From Lama glama (taxonomy: Eukaryota): 64,000 nucleotides of DNA. The notes beneath the pieces are model-generated. The model searched no databases, had not been told where the DNA came from, and was given only the letters and a program-made list of their open reading frames with translations. The stretch spans positions 9,860,001 to 9,924,000 of the forward strand of contig CM052818.1 of assembly GCA_028534125.1 (NCBI GenBank), given 5' to 3'. Each line of letters opens with the position of its first letter. Position 1 is the first letter of the stretch. Below, piece by piece: positions 41,518 through 55,974 of this stretch. Both the position numbers and the translations under genes were made by a program.

Positions 41518-41893
41518 TATGGACTGAATTGTGTCCCCAAAATTTCATACATTGAAGTTCTAGGTCCTAGTACCTAAGAATGTGACTGTATTTGGAGATA
41601 GGCTTTTAAAGAGATAATTAAGTTTAAATAAGGTCATTAGTGTGGCCCCTACTTCTGTATGACTGGTGTCCTTGTAAGAAGAGGAAATTTGGACACAGAT
41701 GGTACAGAGGGAAGACCATGTGAAGGCACAGGAGATGGCCTTTTTCAAGCCAAGGAGAGAGGGCTCAGAAGAAACCAACCCTGCCGACACCCTGTCTCAG
41801 ATTTCTTGCCTCCAGAACTGTGAGAAAATAAAGCCCTGTTGTTTGAGCCTTCCACCCCGTCTGTTTCTTAAGGCAGCCCTAGCAAACTAATAC
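41518..41893 (+). mobile_element. MLT1 (MaLR) solo LTR inside an old L1
   Basis: tatggactgaattgtgtccccaaaatttcatac...ccagaactgtgagaaaataaa...gcagccctagcaaactaataca. Confidence 0.85.
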
Positions 41894-42947
41894 AGTACAT
41901 ATGTATCTACTTTGTTTTTTTAACAGTAATATGGTATTATTTTATCATAAATAGTATGTAATATTTGTCAAAATATAATTAACCATTTCCCTATTGTCTC
42001 AAATTTGTTTATATTATGAATAATGCTATAGTAAACATCCTTATACATATACCCTCCCTACTTGTGTCACCAGTTATTAATACTTTCTTAATGATGGGAT
42101 TACTATGTCCAAGGGTATGTATACTTAAAAGTGAAATTTATATATTCCACATCATCCCCTAAGAAGGTTATACTAATTTACATCCCAACCAACCATATGT
42201 ACAGGATATCTGTTTCCTTGAACTCTCACAAATGCTAGATATTAAAAATGTTTTTTATACTTATTATGAAAATTATAAATGTGCAGAGAAGTAGAGAGGA
42301 TGGTGTAATAAACACCATATACCTATCACCTAGATTTAATAATTATCTTAGCATTTTGTCATATGTTTCACTTTTTTTAAATTGAAGTCTTTTAAAGTAA
42401 ATATAGATATGGTGACATTTCACTCCTAAATATTTTTCCTCCAGTTTTGTTGAGATATAGTTGACTAACAGCACCGTAAATTTAAGGTGTACAGCATAAT
42501 GATTTGATTTACATACATCATAAAGTGATTATCACAATAAATTTAGTGAACATCCACCATCTCATACAGATACAAACTTAGAAAAAAATTTTTTTTTCTT
42601 GTGATGAGAACTCTTAGGATTTACTCTTAACTTTCATATATAACTTACAGCAATGTTAATTATATTTCTTAAGTTGTACATTACATCCCTAGTACGTACT
42701 TACCTTACAACTGAAAGTTTGCACATTTTGACTGCCTGTGTCCAACTCCCCCTACCCCTACCTCACTCCTGAATATTTTGATATGCAAATTTAAATAAGA
42801 ACACTTCCCTATAGAACTACAATAACATCAACACACCCAAGTTTTCCACTTGTCCCCAAAATGACTTTTTGCGGCGAGTTTATTCATATTAGAATCCAAC
42901 CAAGAATCATGATTGCATTTGGTTGTTGGGTCTCTAGAACAGATACT

Positions 42948-42995
42948 CCTTTTCCTGTTCCTCCTTATCTCCCTTTTCCTGTTCCTCCTTATCTC
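42948..42995 (+). repeat. Perfect 24-bp tandem duplication
   Basis: ccttttcctgttcctccttatctc x2. Confidence 0.9.
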
Positions 42996-45534
42996 CCTCT
43001 CACATCCTCCAACTTTTTTATTTTTCCTATGACACTGACTTGGAAAGACCAGGATAGTTGTCCTCTAGAACGTCCCAACTTCTGGATTTTTCTGACTGTT
43101 ATTTAGCAATAATCCCCATATTTTCTATTATTGGAAGTTGGATCCAAAGGCTTAATTAGATTCAGGCTAAACATTGCATCATATAATGATGTAACCCAGG
43201 AATCACAGAACTAAAGCTCTGGTTATTTCATTATTGGTGATATTAAGATTGACTGCTGGGTTTATGTGGTGACAGTCATCTTGGAACTAGCTCGTGATCT
43301 ATGAGGTGATAACTTTCGCACTAGGTGAATAATTAGCTCTCTATCAACCTTTTACCTAATGCTTTCAGCATTTGCTGATAATTTGTGTCTTAATTACGTC
43401 CTTAGAGATTGCAAGTTGTGATTTTCCAATTCTGTCTACATTTACAGGTGGCATTTTCCTGCAAAGAAAGGCTCTTCCTCATCGACTAGGACTATTACGT
43501 TACTCTGTGATTCAATTCCTATTGCAAAGAAGAAATACTCCTGTCCCTCTCAGAGTAAGAATCTGGTGTAATGGTCATCTGTGAAGAGGCTTTCATTTGC
43601 TTGCTTGCTTGTTTTACTCCTTTTACTTTTTTTTTTTTTTTGCTTATCATATGGACTCATGGTTTTTTATATAGTCAGTGTTTTTCAATCAATTACACTC
43701 ATTGTTCTTTTGATACTAAAATTGTCTTCACTTTGGCCAGTAGTTTCCTCTGTCAAGCTGGTTCCTTTTATATCAATATGATAGGTTGGAAAGTGGTATT
43801 TCTTTGTGGTTTTAACTTGTGTATCTCTGATTAGTGGTGATAGTGATCATCTTTCATATTTTACCAGGCATTTGTATTTTTTATTCTGAGGCTTGCCTAT
43901 TCATATTTTGTGTCCATTTTCCTTTTGATATAAGTGTATTTATACCAATTATCAAGTCTCATCCCTACAAATGAAATGTTTCCAGTGCTTATTGCCAGTC
44001 TCTTCCAGCTGCAACTTCCCCATGCTTGAATTCTTTCTTTTGATCATCTCTTGCTCTCGAATGTGTCTTAAAATAGCTTATTCATAAAGGGGGTACATTT
44101 TCTTAGTTCTGGCATATTTGAAAATGCCCTCTATTAAATCATAACATTTCCTTGAAAGCCTGGTGGGTGTTGCTTTATTGTTACCTGATGAATCTTGGAC
44201 ACTTGTAAAATTCTTATTTTTGAAGCTTAAAAATTCTCCCCAAATAGGCCTTTGTATGACAGTCATTTCTTAAAATATGTCTGAAACAGAATAAACATTC
44301 AAAATTTTTTCGAGTCTTTTCTAAAGATTAGGTAAAATTTATTTCTACTTTAAAATTTATTATTCCTTCTGTTCATCAATCAGCTCTTTATTATTATTAT
44401 TTTTTAGTTCATTCAAGTAAAGAGAATTTCACTTTGGGAGAGTTTTTAAATGTTAGTACAAGTAATTCAGGAAAAAAATCATCTTCAAAAAATTAATAGT
44501 TTAGCTTTTTAAGATCTCTAGGGCTGTACACTTGACTACAGGACAAATAGGGATTGTATCTGTCTTGTTCGCCAACTCATCTTCTGAACTTAGCATGGGT
44601 GTTCAATACAGAGTTGCTGAGTTAATTTATTTCAAATGTTATTCTCTCTTGTATCTTTCTTCATTTCATCATATCTTCATCTTTTTGCCCCAGTTGATGG
44701 GCTATCTACATTTTGCCTCCTCCCTCTAACTTAATACTTTGATGTGTCTGAATGTAATACAAGTGCTCCATTGAAACGTTTTCATCTCTGAACAAACTTC
44801 CATTAACTCGAAGAATTTCCTTTACCCATCAGATTGTTGCATTATGCACACTGGCCGTTAGCAGGTTATGGCTAACACTTTTTAAAGAATGAATATAAGA
44901 GTATGGTGCCTCAAGTAGGTGCATCCAAAAATGACCTTGTTAGCTAGTGCTGGGGTTGCCCACGTATCATGTCAGGTGGGACTAGGGTCTCCCCTTCTGC
45001 CAGCAGGATGGGCTTTGCCCAAGGTTAGCTTCCCAGGATAGCTTTCTACCCCTAGCAAAAGGGGCTGTAACTTCCTAAGGGCGCCTGAGATTCCTGAATA
45101 ATGGGCAGCTGGCACTTAAACTCAGTCACTCTAGTCTCTATATCCACATTCTGACAAGGCTGCTGTCTCACAATTTTACTCTCTAAAGTATCATCTCAGG
45201 GCACATGTCTCTCTACTGGAATAGACACAGCACCCAACCATCACATCCCTCTCTCTAGGAGAATGGGAAGATCTTTGACCACAACATCTTCTCTTGCTGA
45301 CCTTTGGCTTGTAATTTTCCCCACTAAAGAATGTTCCTTAATTCAAGCTGAATGGCCATGTGCAATTCATCCCAAGTCGTTGCATGATAGGTGGCAACCA
45401 TGAAGGGGCTCCCTCCCTACTTTGAACAACAAAAATAAAATAAAATATATGGTTGAATTTGTTCTCAGTGAATTCATGTCCAGTCTTGCTCAGTTGATTT
45501 TGAACAAATAGGAGTTGGATGCTGTCAGAAATGG

Positions 45535-45890
45535 ATATGGGTTCTGATTGTGCCTCTCCCTTCGTAACTCATACGTTAGAACTGTAACCCTCATTGTGAC
45601 GGTATCTGGAGATGGACCCTTCAGGAGGTAACTAGATCTTGAGATGGCTTCCTCATGATGGGATTAGTGCCCTTATAAGAATAAAGGCAAAAGCTTACTT
45701 CTCTCTTTGCTCTCTGTTATGTGAAGATACAATGAGAACATTGCCATCTGCAAACTAGTAAGAGGGCAGACACCAAATCTGCTGGCACCTTGGACCTCCT
45801 AGCCTCCAGGACTGTGAGAAATAAACTTCTGTGTTTTAAGACACCCTGTCTATGGTATCTTGTTACAGCAGCCTGAACAGACTAAGACAG
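45535..45890 (+). mobile_element. MLT1A/MST-type MaLR solo LTR
   Basis: atgggattagtgcccttataaga...ctagcctccaggactgtgagaaataaac...gttacagcagcctgaacagactaagaca. Confidence 0.85.
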
Positions 45891-48399
45891 GTCTCTAGCC
45901 AAATTTTTAATAGTAGGACATCAGATCCGGATGAAATAAAGAGGAAAAAAGTTGCCAGCAATGACATTTCAGAAATGTAGTCATATTTTGTTATTGAATT
46001 GTAGGGGAGGAAAGAGCAGAATGAGGGGGACAGTCATAGTGAAGCCACATTTCTATCAACGTGTGTAGTGTCTCTGGGAAAAGGACCTTATTCTTTAAGG
46101 TTTTAAGTTTGGATGTCTAGTTTGTGCCTCACTGGGGCTTCAGCCCCAAGGACGTCGAAGAGGGAGGGCCACTTGAGTGTTACAATTCCTAACAGGCCTC
46201 TCAAATGGCTTTTCTTCAGTTTTCTTTGACAGCGTGGTCTCTACCACTCCACGTCAGGGATGTCAGAGGGCACAGCCTAGCATCTGCTCACATCCATAAT
46301 TTGTTGTCTCCTCGAAGAAGGATCGCTTACTGTGCTTTGGTTTTATTTTGCTACCCAGTTCATTCAGCATTGAATTTTTGTGCAAGTCTTCAGTGTTTCT
46401 ACTGTGAAATGTCTATTGCTGATGTAGGTATTTTGTTTGTACAATTCATTGCTTTTTTTAAAAAAATAAGAATTTAGTGCAAAGGAGGGGCAAGGCAAGC
46501 ACCTATTCATTTTTCTTTCTCTAGAATAACATGTGAAGTCCTGGACATGCTTTAAGCAATTCAAGAGCCCATTGATAAGATGTGTTAGCCCCTGAGAGCA
46601 ACTCCAGTTCCATGTATCTGGATTTTCATGGTTTATGTTTGTGGGGTGAGGCCCCCTGTGCCTCTGAGTATTTTCTTGCATTAAAATCCTGCTAGATTCA
46701 TTGAAAGAGCCCTTTGCTCTGCGCGCTTAGATGCGTCAAACCAAGCAAGATAGCAGTCAACAGCCTTCCTGGGAGGCATCTTAACTGCCTGAAGCTAGGG
46801 ATCTCAGCAACCCTTCCCAACTGTTTCTTCTCTACACACTCAGAAGGGCAGAAGAAGTGTGCCAATTTAAAACCTTTCCTCAGAGCTCAAGGGATTAGCA
46901 TGTAGACTCAGTGGACAGGGCAGGTAGGTTCCCTGCTTCTGTCCAAATTGAAGCCAAGATTAATTATGGTATTCACCTGTCCCTGAAACAGGCCGGGTAA
47001 TGGATCCTGCTGTGCACTCCCTGAAGCAGCACTAATCCCACACGGTTATCCGGTTATCCGTGGACTCACTGGCTTTGATCAACTCATTCCTTCTCAGCAG
47101 GCCAACATGGTAGCCACAGGACACAAGTGCTTAGTTTACAATCATGTTAATTTTGCTTTTTGTTTGTCTTTAGCAGTTGGAGATTAATGAGTAAAAGGGT
47201 GTTTAAATTTTCAACCAGTCTTCTTCTAATCACTTGGCCACACTGTTGCTGACAGTTTTATTACTTTGATTTCCTCAATCAATCAGGTGTACAGTTTCCT
47301 TGTCCAATACCAGTTAGGGTGCAGGAAAAGACAGTCCTCCCAGCTGCCACTCTGGATTCCATGGAAGGCGATTGTGAAAATAGCACCTTTCTAGTGACTT
47401 TTCATAGGATTTCGTTGCTGAATGCATCCCTGGCATTCTGAACAAACACAAACATGTTGCAAAGGATGTTCTTATGCTCCTTTTTCATAACTAGGGAATC
47501 AAATTAGCCTTTAGCTGTTGGGATGGTGAAAATTAATTCAGAATTTGGAGTAAATTCTTTATAAGAGGAGGTTGTTCTACTCCAGCTCCTAATTCTGTCT
47601 TCTGAACCAGGGAAAACAAACTCCATTGCATTGCAGGTTTTCTTCAATGTCTGTTTCCTGGCTTGTGTATAAACGAGCAGGGCCTTAATGATTCTCTTGA
47701 AGAATTTTTGTATCAAAGAAATCTCCCTTGGGTCTAATACACTGTAATGGAGATTTTGTACGCATAATGCCACTGAGTATGCATTGTTTTTGGAGGTAAG
47801 GAACAAGGATAGCTTTGCTTTAACATAGCAATGATTTTTCTAAAGTGCAAACATGATCATGATACTTCTCGGCTTAACATCCTTTAATGTTCCCTATGTC
47901 CTCTGGGTCAGGCTCTGACAAGTTTATAGATGCATATCTCCACGGTGAGTTCTCTCTTCCTGTATCGTGCTACCAGCTCCTAACACAGTCCTGGTCGGGA
48001 AGAGGCCCTCACTGGGGAGATGCTTGAGGCACCGAGGAAAGAATTTCATCTTGGCACACTGAAATGAAATGCATTCAGGGGTCTGTCTAGTTGTCCCAAA
48101 GGCATAATGGCATTTCTCAGGACATCTAGCCTGGGTGATATGTGATACCCATTTCTTCAGCCCCCTGGGGCTCTTCCTCACCCTCCAAAACTCTAGGGAA
48201 GATACCTGAGAGATGGGCCTTAAGAGCAAGCTTGTGGGACTTCACTATGTGGCTGTGGAGGAAGGACAATGAAGTGAAGATGGGCACTATGCTGCAGGGG
48301 GCAGAGATTAAAAGGAGGTGTGGGACCTGATGGAGACAGGCTGAAGCCAGATGTAATGGCAGAGATGGCGTCTAAGTTGGCTGTGGGACTTGTGGGTTG

Positions 48400-48920
48400 C
48401 TGCTGTGGCCGGTTGCATTTTCTAAAGATGGCCTCACCAATTTATATCACATGTTCTCCTTACAATGTGATTGAAACTCCTCCATTGAGAGATGGGGCCT
48501 ATGTTCCCAAGCCTTGAACCTGAGTGGCCTTTTGTAACCAGTGGCATGGTGGTGGAATGATGCTGTGTAACTTCTAAGGCTAGGTTGTAAAAGGCTATAG
48601 AGCTTCCTTCTGCCTCTCTCGGGACACGTGCTTTTGGAACCCCAAGCTGCTATGTAAGAAGTCCTACCACTCTGTAGCTGCTGTGCTGAAGACACACACA
48701 GAGTTGAAGGGGAATGTTTGTGGGGCCCCAAGTGTTCTGTAGCCAGCTGTTGGAGTCCCCCTAGCCTAGGATTTCAGGGAAGAAGCACTTAGCTAACTCC
48801 AACCCCAACCAATCAGACTTAAATCTCATAAAAGACTGAGCCTGCCTAGCTGCTCTGGGATTCTTGACACAGACACCATGAGAGATAAAAATGGTTATTA
48901 TTGTTCTAAGCCATTTAAAA
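48400..48920 (+). mobile_element. Older MLT1-type LTR
   Basis: tgcattttctaaagatggcc...cctccattgagagatgggg...taacttctaaggctagg...tattgttctaagcca. Confidence 0.65.
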
Positions 48921-48949
48921 TAGCATCAAAAACCCCAAAATACATCAAA

Positions 48950-50660
48950 TAGGGAAAACAGGTAACCTTACAGTTCAGAAGCCTAGCAGATACCATTTTA
49001 ACCAAGGAGGCAAAATGAACATTATCAGCAAAGAGAAAAATTGCCATTGTGTACCTCCTGATATGGGGCACTAAGAAAGACACAATGTCACTTTCATGGT
49101 TTTTCCTTCCCCCAAGGCATAATCTATACCTAAGCATAAGGAAATATCAGATAAACCCAGATCAAGGATATTCTACAAAAAACCTGCTCTGTAATTCTTA
49201 AACATTTCAAAACAAAGACAGACTCAGAAACTGTTCCAGGTTAAAGAAGACTAAAGAGACATGACAACCAAGTGCAATATGTAATTCTGCATTGGATCTT
49301 AGACCAGGAAAAAACAAAAAAACGCAAGACAAAACATCACAATGCTTTTTTTCTCTTTTGTTACAGGGGACATTAATGAAGGAATTAATGATGTTTAAAT
49401 AATTCATGCAGATTAGAGAATAGTATTATATCAATATTTATTTCCTGATTTTGGTATGTGTATTATGGCTATATAGGAGAATATCATTGCTTTTACAAAA
49501 TACAGATTGAAGTATTTAGAAATAAAATAAAATCATGCCTACAATTTACTCTCAAATGTATAAATGGAGAAAACACATGTTCTTGCGCTAGAATATAATT
49601 GTCCTTAAATTGATCTAAATATTCATGCAGCTTCAATAAATATCTTTTTTCTTCTTTGTTTTTAAATTTTTAAATTTTTACTTTTTAATCTTTTAAAAAT
49701 TCATTTTTACTTTTATTTTTAGGGGATCAATAAAAATCTTGGCAAGCTTTCTGTTTGCTTGGTAGGTTTTGATAAGCTGATTTTAAAATTTATGTGGAAA
49801 TGCAAAGAACCAAAGATAGTTAAGATAATTCTGAAAAAGAAGAATTTGCTACTAAGCACCAAAACTTATAAATCCACAGTTATTAAGTCAGCTTAGTATT
49901 GTGCAAGGATAGATAAGCAGACAAACTGGGCAGAACAGTGTGACCAGCAATAGACACACACAGACACTGGATTTATGACAAAAACGACACTTCAGAGCAG
50001 TGGGGAAAGATGATCTTTTCAACAAATAGTACTGGTACAACTGGATATTTACATGGAAAAAAAATGAAACCTGACCTCTACATCATATCATATATAAAAT
50101 TAAATTCCAGGAAATTGCAGATTTAAATATATGAAGCTTCGAAAAGCAACTAGGAAACAATCTTCATAATCATGATGAAAAGAATTTCTTAAATTGGACA
50201 CAGAAAGTGCACTAACCATGAAGGAAAATATTGATAAATTGGACCAGACTAACATTAATAACATCTGTTCACCAAAGGACACCAGTAAGAAAGTGAAAAT
50301 GCAAGCCATAAGATTTATATCCAGAATATATAAAGAACACTTTCAAATCAATAAGACAAATACAGACAAGCTGTTTTAAAAAACGGCCAAAGGTTTGAAC
50401 AGATTCACAAAATGACTACTAATATGTGAAAAAGTATTCAAAAATCAATGAGATTAAAATGAAAACAATAAAATGTACTGTACACTCTTACCAGAATGAC
50501 TAAGATTACAAAGACTGACATATAGCAATTCTTGGTGAGGATGTGGAGCTATTGAGAACTCTCACACATTGATGGTAAGAGGTAAATTGGAAAACTGTTT
50601 GGCAGTATATCCAATTGAATATACACATACCCTAAAACCCAGCAATTTCACTTCAATAAT
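48950..50660 (+). mobile_element. L1M fragments (L1MC-like 3' end plus ORF2 relic)
   Basis: agagacatgacaaccaagtgcaat; aagctgattttaaaatttatgtggaaatgcaaagaacc; peptide MKENIDKLDQTNINNICSPKDT. Confidence 0.8.
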
Positions 50661-51766
50661 TATTGGTATCCACTCCTCCTGTAAGTTTTCTCAGAGAGCA
50701 GCAGACAGAATTATATGTAGTCCTAGCATCAAACTAGTGAACTCAATACAAGGAATACCAGTAGACATAATAAGAGATTCTGCCTTGCGGTATTAGTGTC
50801 ATACTCCAATGCTGAAGACCAGACTTGGGACCATACCTTAATCTAAATGAGACTGACAGGAAGACAGAGTGTTCAGGTGGACACTGAGTCCAAAGGAGAT
50901 TTTGTTTGTTCCTTGTTAAGCCCCCTCTCCCGCCTCTTCTGAGTCTTTCAGGTTGTTCTTTAGAAGGAGACCAGAAAAGCTGAGGGGAGAAAAAATAGTT
51001 CATGTATTCATCATCTCCCCTCACAGAGAAACAATGATTTTTATAGTACAGTACTTTTTAAAATGTTATTCTCTCTTCCTGTTTTAATATGAGTCTTCAG
51101 TTTAAATAGACTATAAAATAATAGTCATAAATTCATGAAATATGCCTGCAGTAGCAGAAATGGAAGAAGCAAGTTCTTGGAACACACCTGAATAAAATCC
51201 TATAGTCCCTGTGCAGGGTTTGAGAGGCCATAGCTCATAGAATCATTAATTTAAAAAAATTATTGTTGAAGTATAAGATACATACAGAAAAGTACACAAA
51301 TCCTAAGTGTACAAATTGATAAATAATAAAAAGTGACCACACGTATGTAACCAACAATCAGGTCAAGAAAGAGTAATCTATGAAAAAAGTAACTCATGGT
51401 AAATAAAAGGTCAGGAGAGTGGTTAACATTGGGAGCTGTCATCTTAGGGAGACACACCCGCTAGAGTGTTGAAAATGTTCTCTGTATCTTGATCTAGGTG
51501 ATGGTTATCACTAATGTTTACATATGTAAAAATTATCCTGTACATTTCAGATTTGTGCATTTTCTCTAAGTCATAATTCAATAAAAAGTAAAAATTTTTA
51601 AGGATTGTTTTTGCCTGCTTTTGAACTGTATGTAAATGGAATCATAGCACTGTACATATACATATATGTATATACATGTATATAATGTATACATCACTGT
51701 ACTTTACATTCTTAGTCTCAACTGGTAACCCTTGTCACCTAAGCTAGAAACCTGGGGGTCATTCTT

Positions 51767-52064
51767 TTTTTTAAAATTTTTTTAATTGAGTACAGTCAAT
51801 TACAATGTGTCCATTTCTGGTGTACAGCACAATGTCCCAGTCATGCATATATATACATATATCCATTTTCATTAAAGGTGTTTACAAAACATCAAATATA
51901 GTTCTCTGTGCTATACAGAAGAAACTTTTTTCAAAAATCTATTTTTATCTATAGTGGCTAACATTTGTAAATCTCAAACTCCCAAATTTATCCCTTCCCA
52001 CCCCGTTTCCCAGGTACCATACGATTGTTCACTATGTCTGCAAGTCTGTTTCTGTTTTGTATCA
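51767..52064 (-). mobile_element. Young truncated L1 3' end
   Basis: Poly(T) head, ctggtgtacagcacaatgtcccag, ttctctgtgctatacag; TSD gggtcattctt (51756-51766 / 52065-52075). Confidence 0.8.
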
Positions 52065-52239
52065 GGGTCATTCTTGACTCCTGCCTCTCTGATGTCCAGT
52101 TAAACTTTAAGCTCTGCCAGTTACTCTTTTTTTCTTTTGAAATAATTTTAAGCTTGCAAGAGTAGTGCACAAGAATAGTTTTTCCTTGAACCATTTGAGC
52201 ATAAATTGCTGACATGGTGCTGTAACACCCCACAAAATC

Positions 52240-54775
52240 CCTAGAAATGCATTCAAGTTGTGTGCACAACAGTCCATTCCTTCTTATTCCTGAGTAGGGT
52301 TCTGTGGTACCACAGTTCGCTGGTACCTGTCGAAAGACATCTGGCTTGTTTCTAGGTTTTGGTTATCACAAATAAATCTGCTGTAACATTCATATACTGG
52401 TTTTTGTGTGAACACCAGTTTTCATTTTGTGGGAGTAAAAGCCCAGGAGAGCAGTAGCCGGTTTGAACTGTAGTTGTATGTTTAGTTTTCTAAGAAACTG
52501 CTGAACTGTCTTCCAGAGTAACTGTATCCTTTTACATTTCCATCAGCAATGTATGAGCCATCATTTCTTCACATCCTCGCCAGCATCTGGTGCTGTCACA
52601 ATATTTTACTTTGGTGATTCTGTTAAGTGTGTGGTGATATCTACTGTGGTTTCAATTTGCATTTCTTTAATAGCCAATGATGTTGAATATCTATTCATGT
52701 GTTTATTTGCCTTCAGAATATTTTCTTCGATTAAATGTCTGTCTGTGTCTTGCGCCCATGTTCTGATCTATGCAATCCTCTTTCACATTAAATTAATGAA
52801 ATCACACTCGTCATATTCTTTAACTAAGACATGAAATGTTATATTCTCAGTCTCAGCTGATAACCCCTATTCACCTAAGCTAGAAACTTGAGAGTCATTC
52901 TTGACTCCTGCCTCTCATGTCTTACTCCTCTATCTCCAGTTCTAGTAGGGTTGTTCACATTGTAACTGTTGAGTTTTGACTGTCCTCTGTATATTCTAAA
53001 TACTAGTCCTTCGTCTAGTACAAAGGTTTGCAAATGTTTCCCCCCAGGCTGTAGCTTGTCTTTTTATCCTTTTAACAGTCTTTTTTCAGAAAAATTTTTT
53101 TAAAATTATTTTGATGAGGTCCAATTTATCAATGTTTCCTTTTATAGATCATGTTTTGGTGCCAAGCCTAAGAACTCTTTGCCTACCCTGAGATCCTAAA
53201 GACTTTCCCCCACTTTTTTCCCAAAAGTTTTATAGTTTTACATTTTACATTTAAGTCCAGGATCCATTTTGTGTTAAACTTTGTAGAAGGTGTGAGATTT
53301 AGGTTAATTTTTTTTTTTTGCTTATGAATGTACAATTTCTCCAGCATCATTTGTTGAAAAGGCTATCCTTCCTCTATTGAATTGTTTTTAAACCTTCATC
53401 AAAAATCATTTGGTCATATTTGTCCTGGTCTATTTCTGGGTTCTCTGTTCTGTTCCATTGATTTATGTGTCTGTCCCTCCACCAATATCACACTATAGAT
53501 CACTAGCTAAATAGTAAACCTTAATATTGGGTAGAGTGATTCTTCCCAGTTTATTCTTATTTTTAAAGATTGTTTGAGCTATTCTAAGGCCTGTGCCTTT
53601 TCACATAAATTCTGGAATAAGCTTGTCTATGTCTACAAAAAACTTTGCTAGGATTTTTATAGACATTCTATAAAACCTATGGGTAAATCTTGACATGTTT
53701 CCTATGTTAAGTCTTCCAATGCATGAACATGGTGTAGCTCTCCATTTATTTAGATCTTCTTTGATTTCCTTCAACTGCATTTTATAATTTTCAGCATAAA
53801 GATCCTGCACATCTTTTGTAAGTTTATACCTATAAATTTCATCTTCTTTGAAGTGATTCTAACAGCACTGCGTTATAATTCCAGTTTTCACATGTTCATT
53901 GTTTGAATACAGAAATGCAGTCAATATTTGTGTGTTGATCTTGTATCCTGTGACCTTGCTGAACTTACTTATTAGTTCTAGGAGGGTTTTGTTTGTTTGT
54001 TGATTTTTTTGGTAGATCACTTGAAATTTTCTACTTAGACAATCACATCATCTGCAAATTTGGACAGTTTTATTTTTCACTTCCCATTCTGTACATATGC
54101 CTTTTATCATCCATCCTGCCTTCCATCCTTCCTTCCTTCCTCTCTTTCTTTCCTTCTCATTCTCTCCCTCCTTCCCTCTCTTGCTCCCTCCTTTCTGTCC
54201 CTCCCTTTCTGCCTTATTGCACTGGCTAGAACTTTCAGTACTATGTTAAATAAAAATAATGAGAGGACCTCCTGATCTTGGAAAGCATTCAGTCTTCTAC
54301 CATTAAGTATGAAGTTACCTGCAGATTTTTTTTGTAAATGCTCTTTCTCAATTTGGGGAAGTTCTTTTTAAGCCCCATCTGCTGAGAGCTTTTATTTTGA
54401 ATGAATGTTAGATTGTGTTAAATACTTTTTCTCTATCAGTTGATACGATTATGTAATTTTTCTTCTTTAGCTTGTGGATATAGTTGATTATGTTGATTGT
54501 TTTAAAATATGTTGAACTAGACTTGTATACCTGGAATTAATCCCACTTGGCTATGGTATATAATTCTTTTTATACATTGCTGGATTAGGTTTGTTAATAT
54601 TTTGTTGGGAATTTTTGTGTCTAAGTGAGATATTGTGAAATACTGATGATTTTTTTTTTTGTACTGTCTTTGGTTTTGGTATCAGGGTAATACTAGCTTC
54701 AGAAATTTTGTTGGGACATGTTCCCTTCTCTCCTGTTTTCTGGAAGAGATTATGTAAAATTGGTGTTAATTCTTT
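52240..54775 (-). mobile_element. L1M ORF2 relic containing a (TTCC)-rich tract at about 54110-54210
   Basis: ORF 53601-53810 QDLYAENYKMQLKEIKEDLNKWRATPCSCIGRLNI matches L1 ORF2p. Confidence 0.9.
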
Positions 54776-55974
54776 AAAAAATGAAATTCTCTAAAAAAAT
54801 GAAAATACAGCCTATAGACTGGGAGAAAATATTCACAAAGGATGTGACTATGTAAGGAAAATTTACTCCAAATTAAATCTAGAAAGCTCACTCACTTTGG
54901 AAGGCAAATATTCTAATACTAATAATGAAACCACATCAAATGCCTTGTTCGATTGTTGCTGTTACACTGATTAGACAGGATGGTGATCTGTGCTTTCAAA
55001 GGATCACTGGTTACACAGAGACTCGGATGTCAGAAATGACATTCAGGGTTGCACTTGGTCAAAGTCAAAGTCAGTTCAGATTCTGATTGAATTCTGAGGT
55101 TGAACTTGAACTTCAGTCTGTGCCTAATATTTATTTGTTTATTATATAGCATGTCCTATGGCACTAATATATTATGTGCATTATAAAACACACACGAACA
55201 TTAAAAAATAAAAGTGTAAGACAGAAGTTGTCACATTTTCTACCTGGATTCCAGTGAATGTTCTTGTGTACACCCTGGGTGTGTGTACTTTTCCCTTGGG
55301 GACCACTGATCTAAAAAATAAAGTTTCAGCTCTTTAACCTGACGTAACAGGGCCCTTCGGGAGCTGCTCACTGCTTTATCAGTCATCTTTCCTTGTCTTG
55401 AACCTGGTACTCCAACAGCACTGAACTGCTTGTAGTCTCTTATGCATCCTGCTGTTTCTTGCCTCTGTGCCTTTGCTCGGGCTGTTCCCTGTGCCTAGCA
55501 TGCTTGGCTAACTCCATTCATCCTTTTGTCTCTGCTCAGTCACCACACGCTCCAGGAAGTTCCCTGGCACTCCTTTGTCCCTCCTTTGATGCTGTGTTAG
55601 GTGCCCCTCCTCTTGTTTTCCAAATTCCTAGTGGGTGGTTCTATTCTTACACTTATTATTGTATTTTAATTACCAGGGTGGATCCTGAACTGATTTAGCT
55701 TATATTTTTGCAACCCTGGAGGATTGGGGCTGAAATAGAAATTAAGCTGGGTTATAGAAAAGTAGAAAAAGTTAAGTCTTCTGTACACTTTCTTGATCTT
55801 ACTGACCCTAGCCCTTGGTCCAAAGAATCATACTTTAGCCAGGGGTTAGGGTCAAAGATGAAGAAGGTGAAGATAGCTATATATTTGCCATGTACTCAGT
55901 TATGTTCAGACATAGTACTAGGAAACAGTGCTATGTCAAAGGAAGATATTTGAGGAGAGTTTAATAAGAGAATG

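Larger units (their letters stand above)
41270..43930 (-). mobile_element. Cluster of L1 3' fragments (old L1M plus a younger L1 tail at about 42435-42765)
   Basis: ttgagatatagttgactaacagcacc...aaggtgtacagcataatga; aggatccaa-like and ttgcatttggttg motifs. Confidence 0.65.

Noticed and set aside
47040..47063. cggttatc x2 tandem and short palindromes such as ctgtggtaccacag (52302-52315)
   Set aside because: Short enough to be expected by chance or slippage in 64 kb
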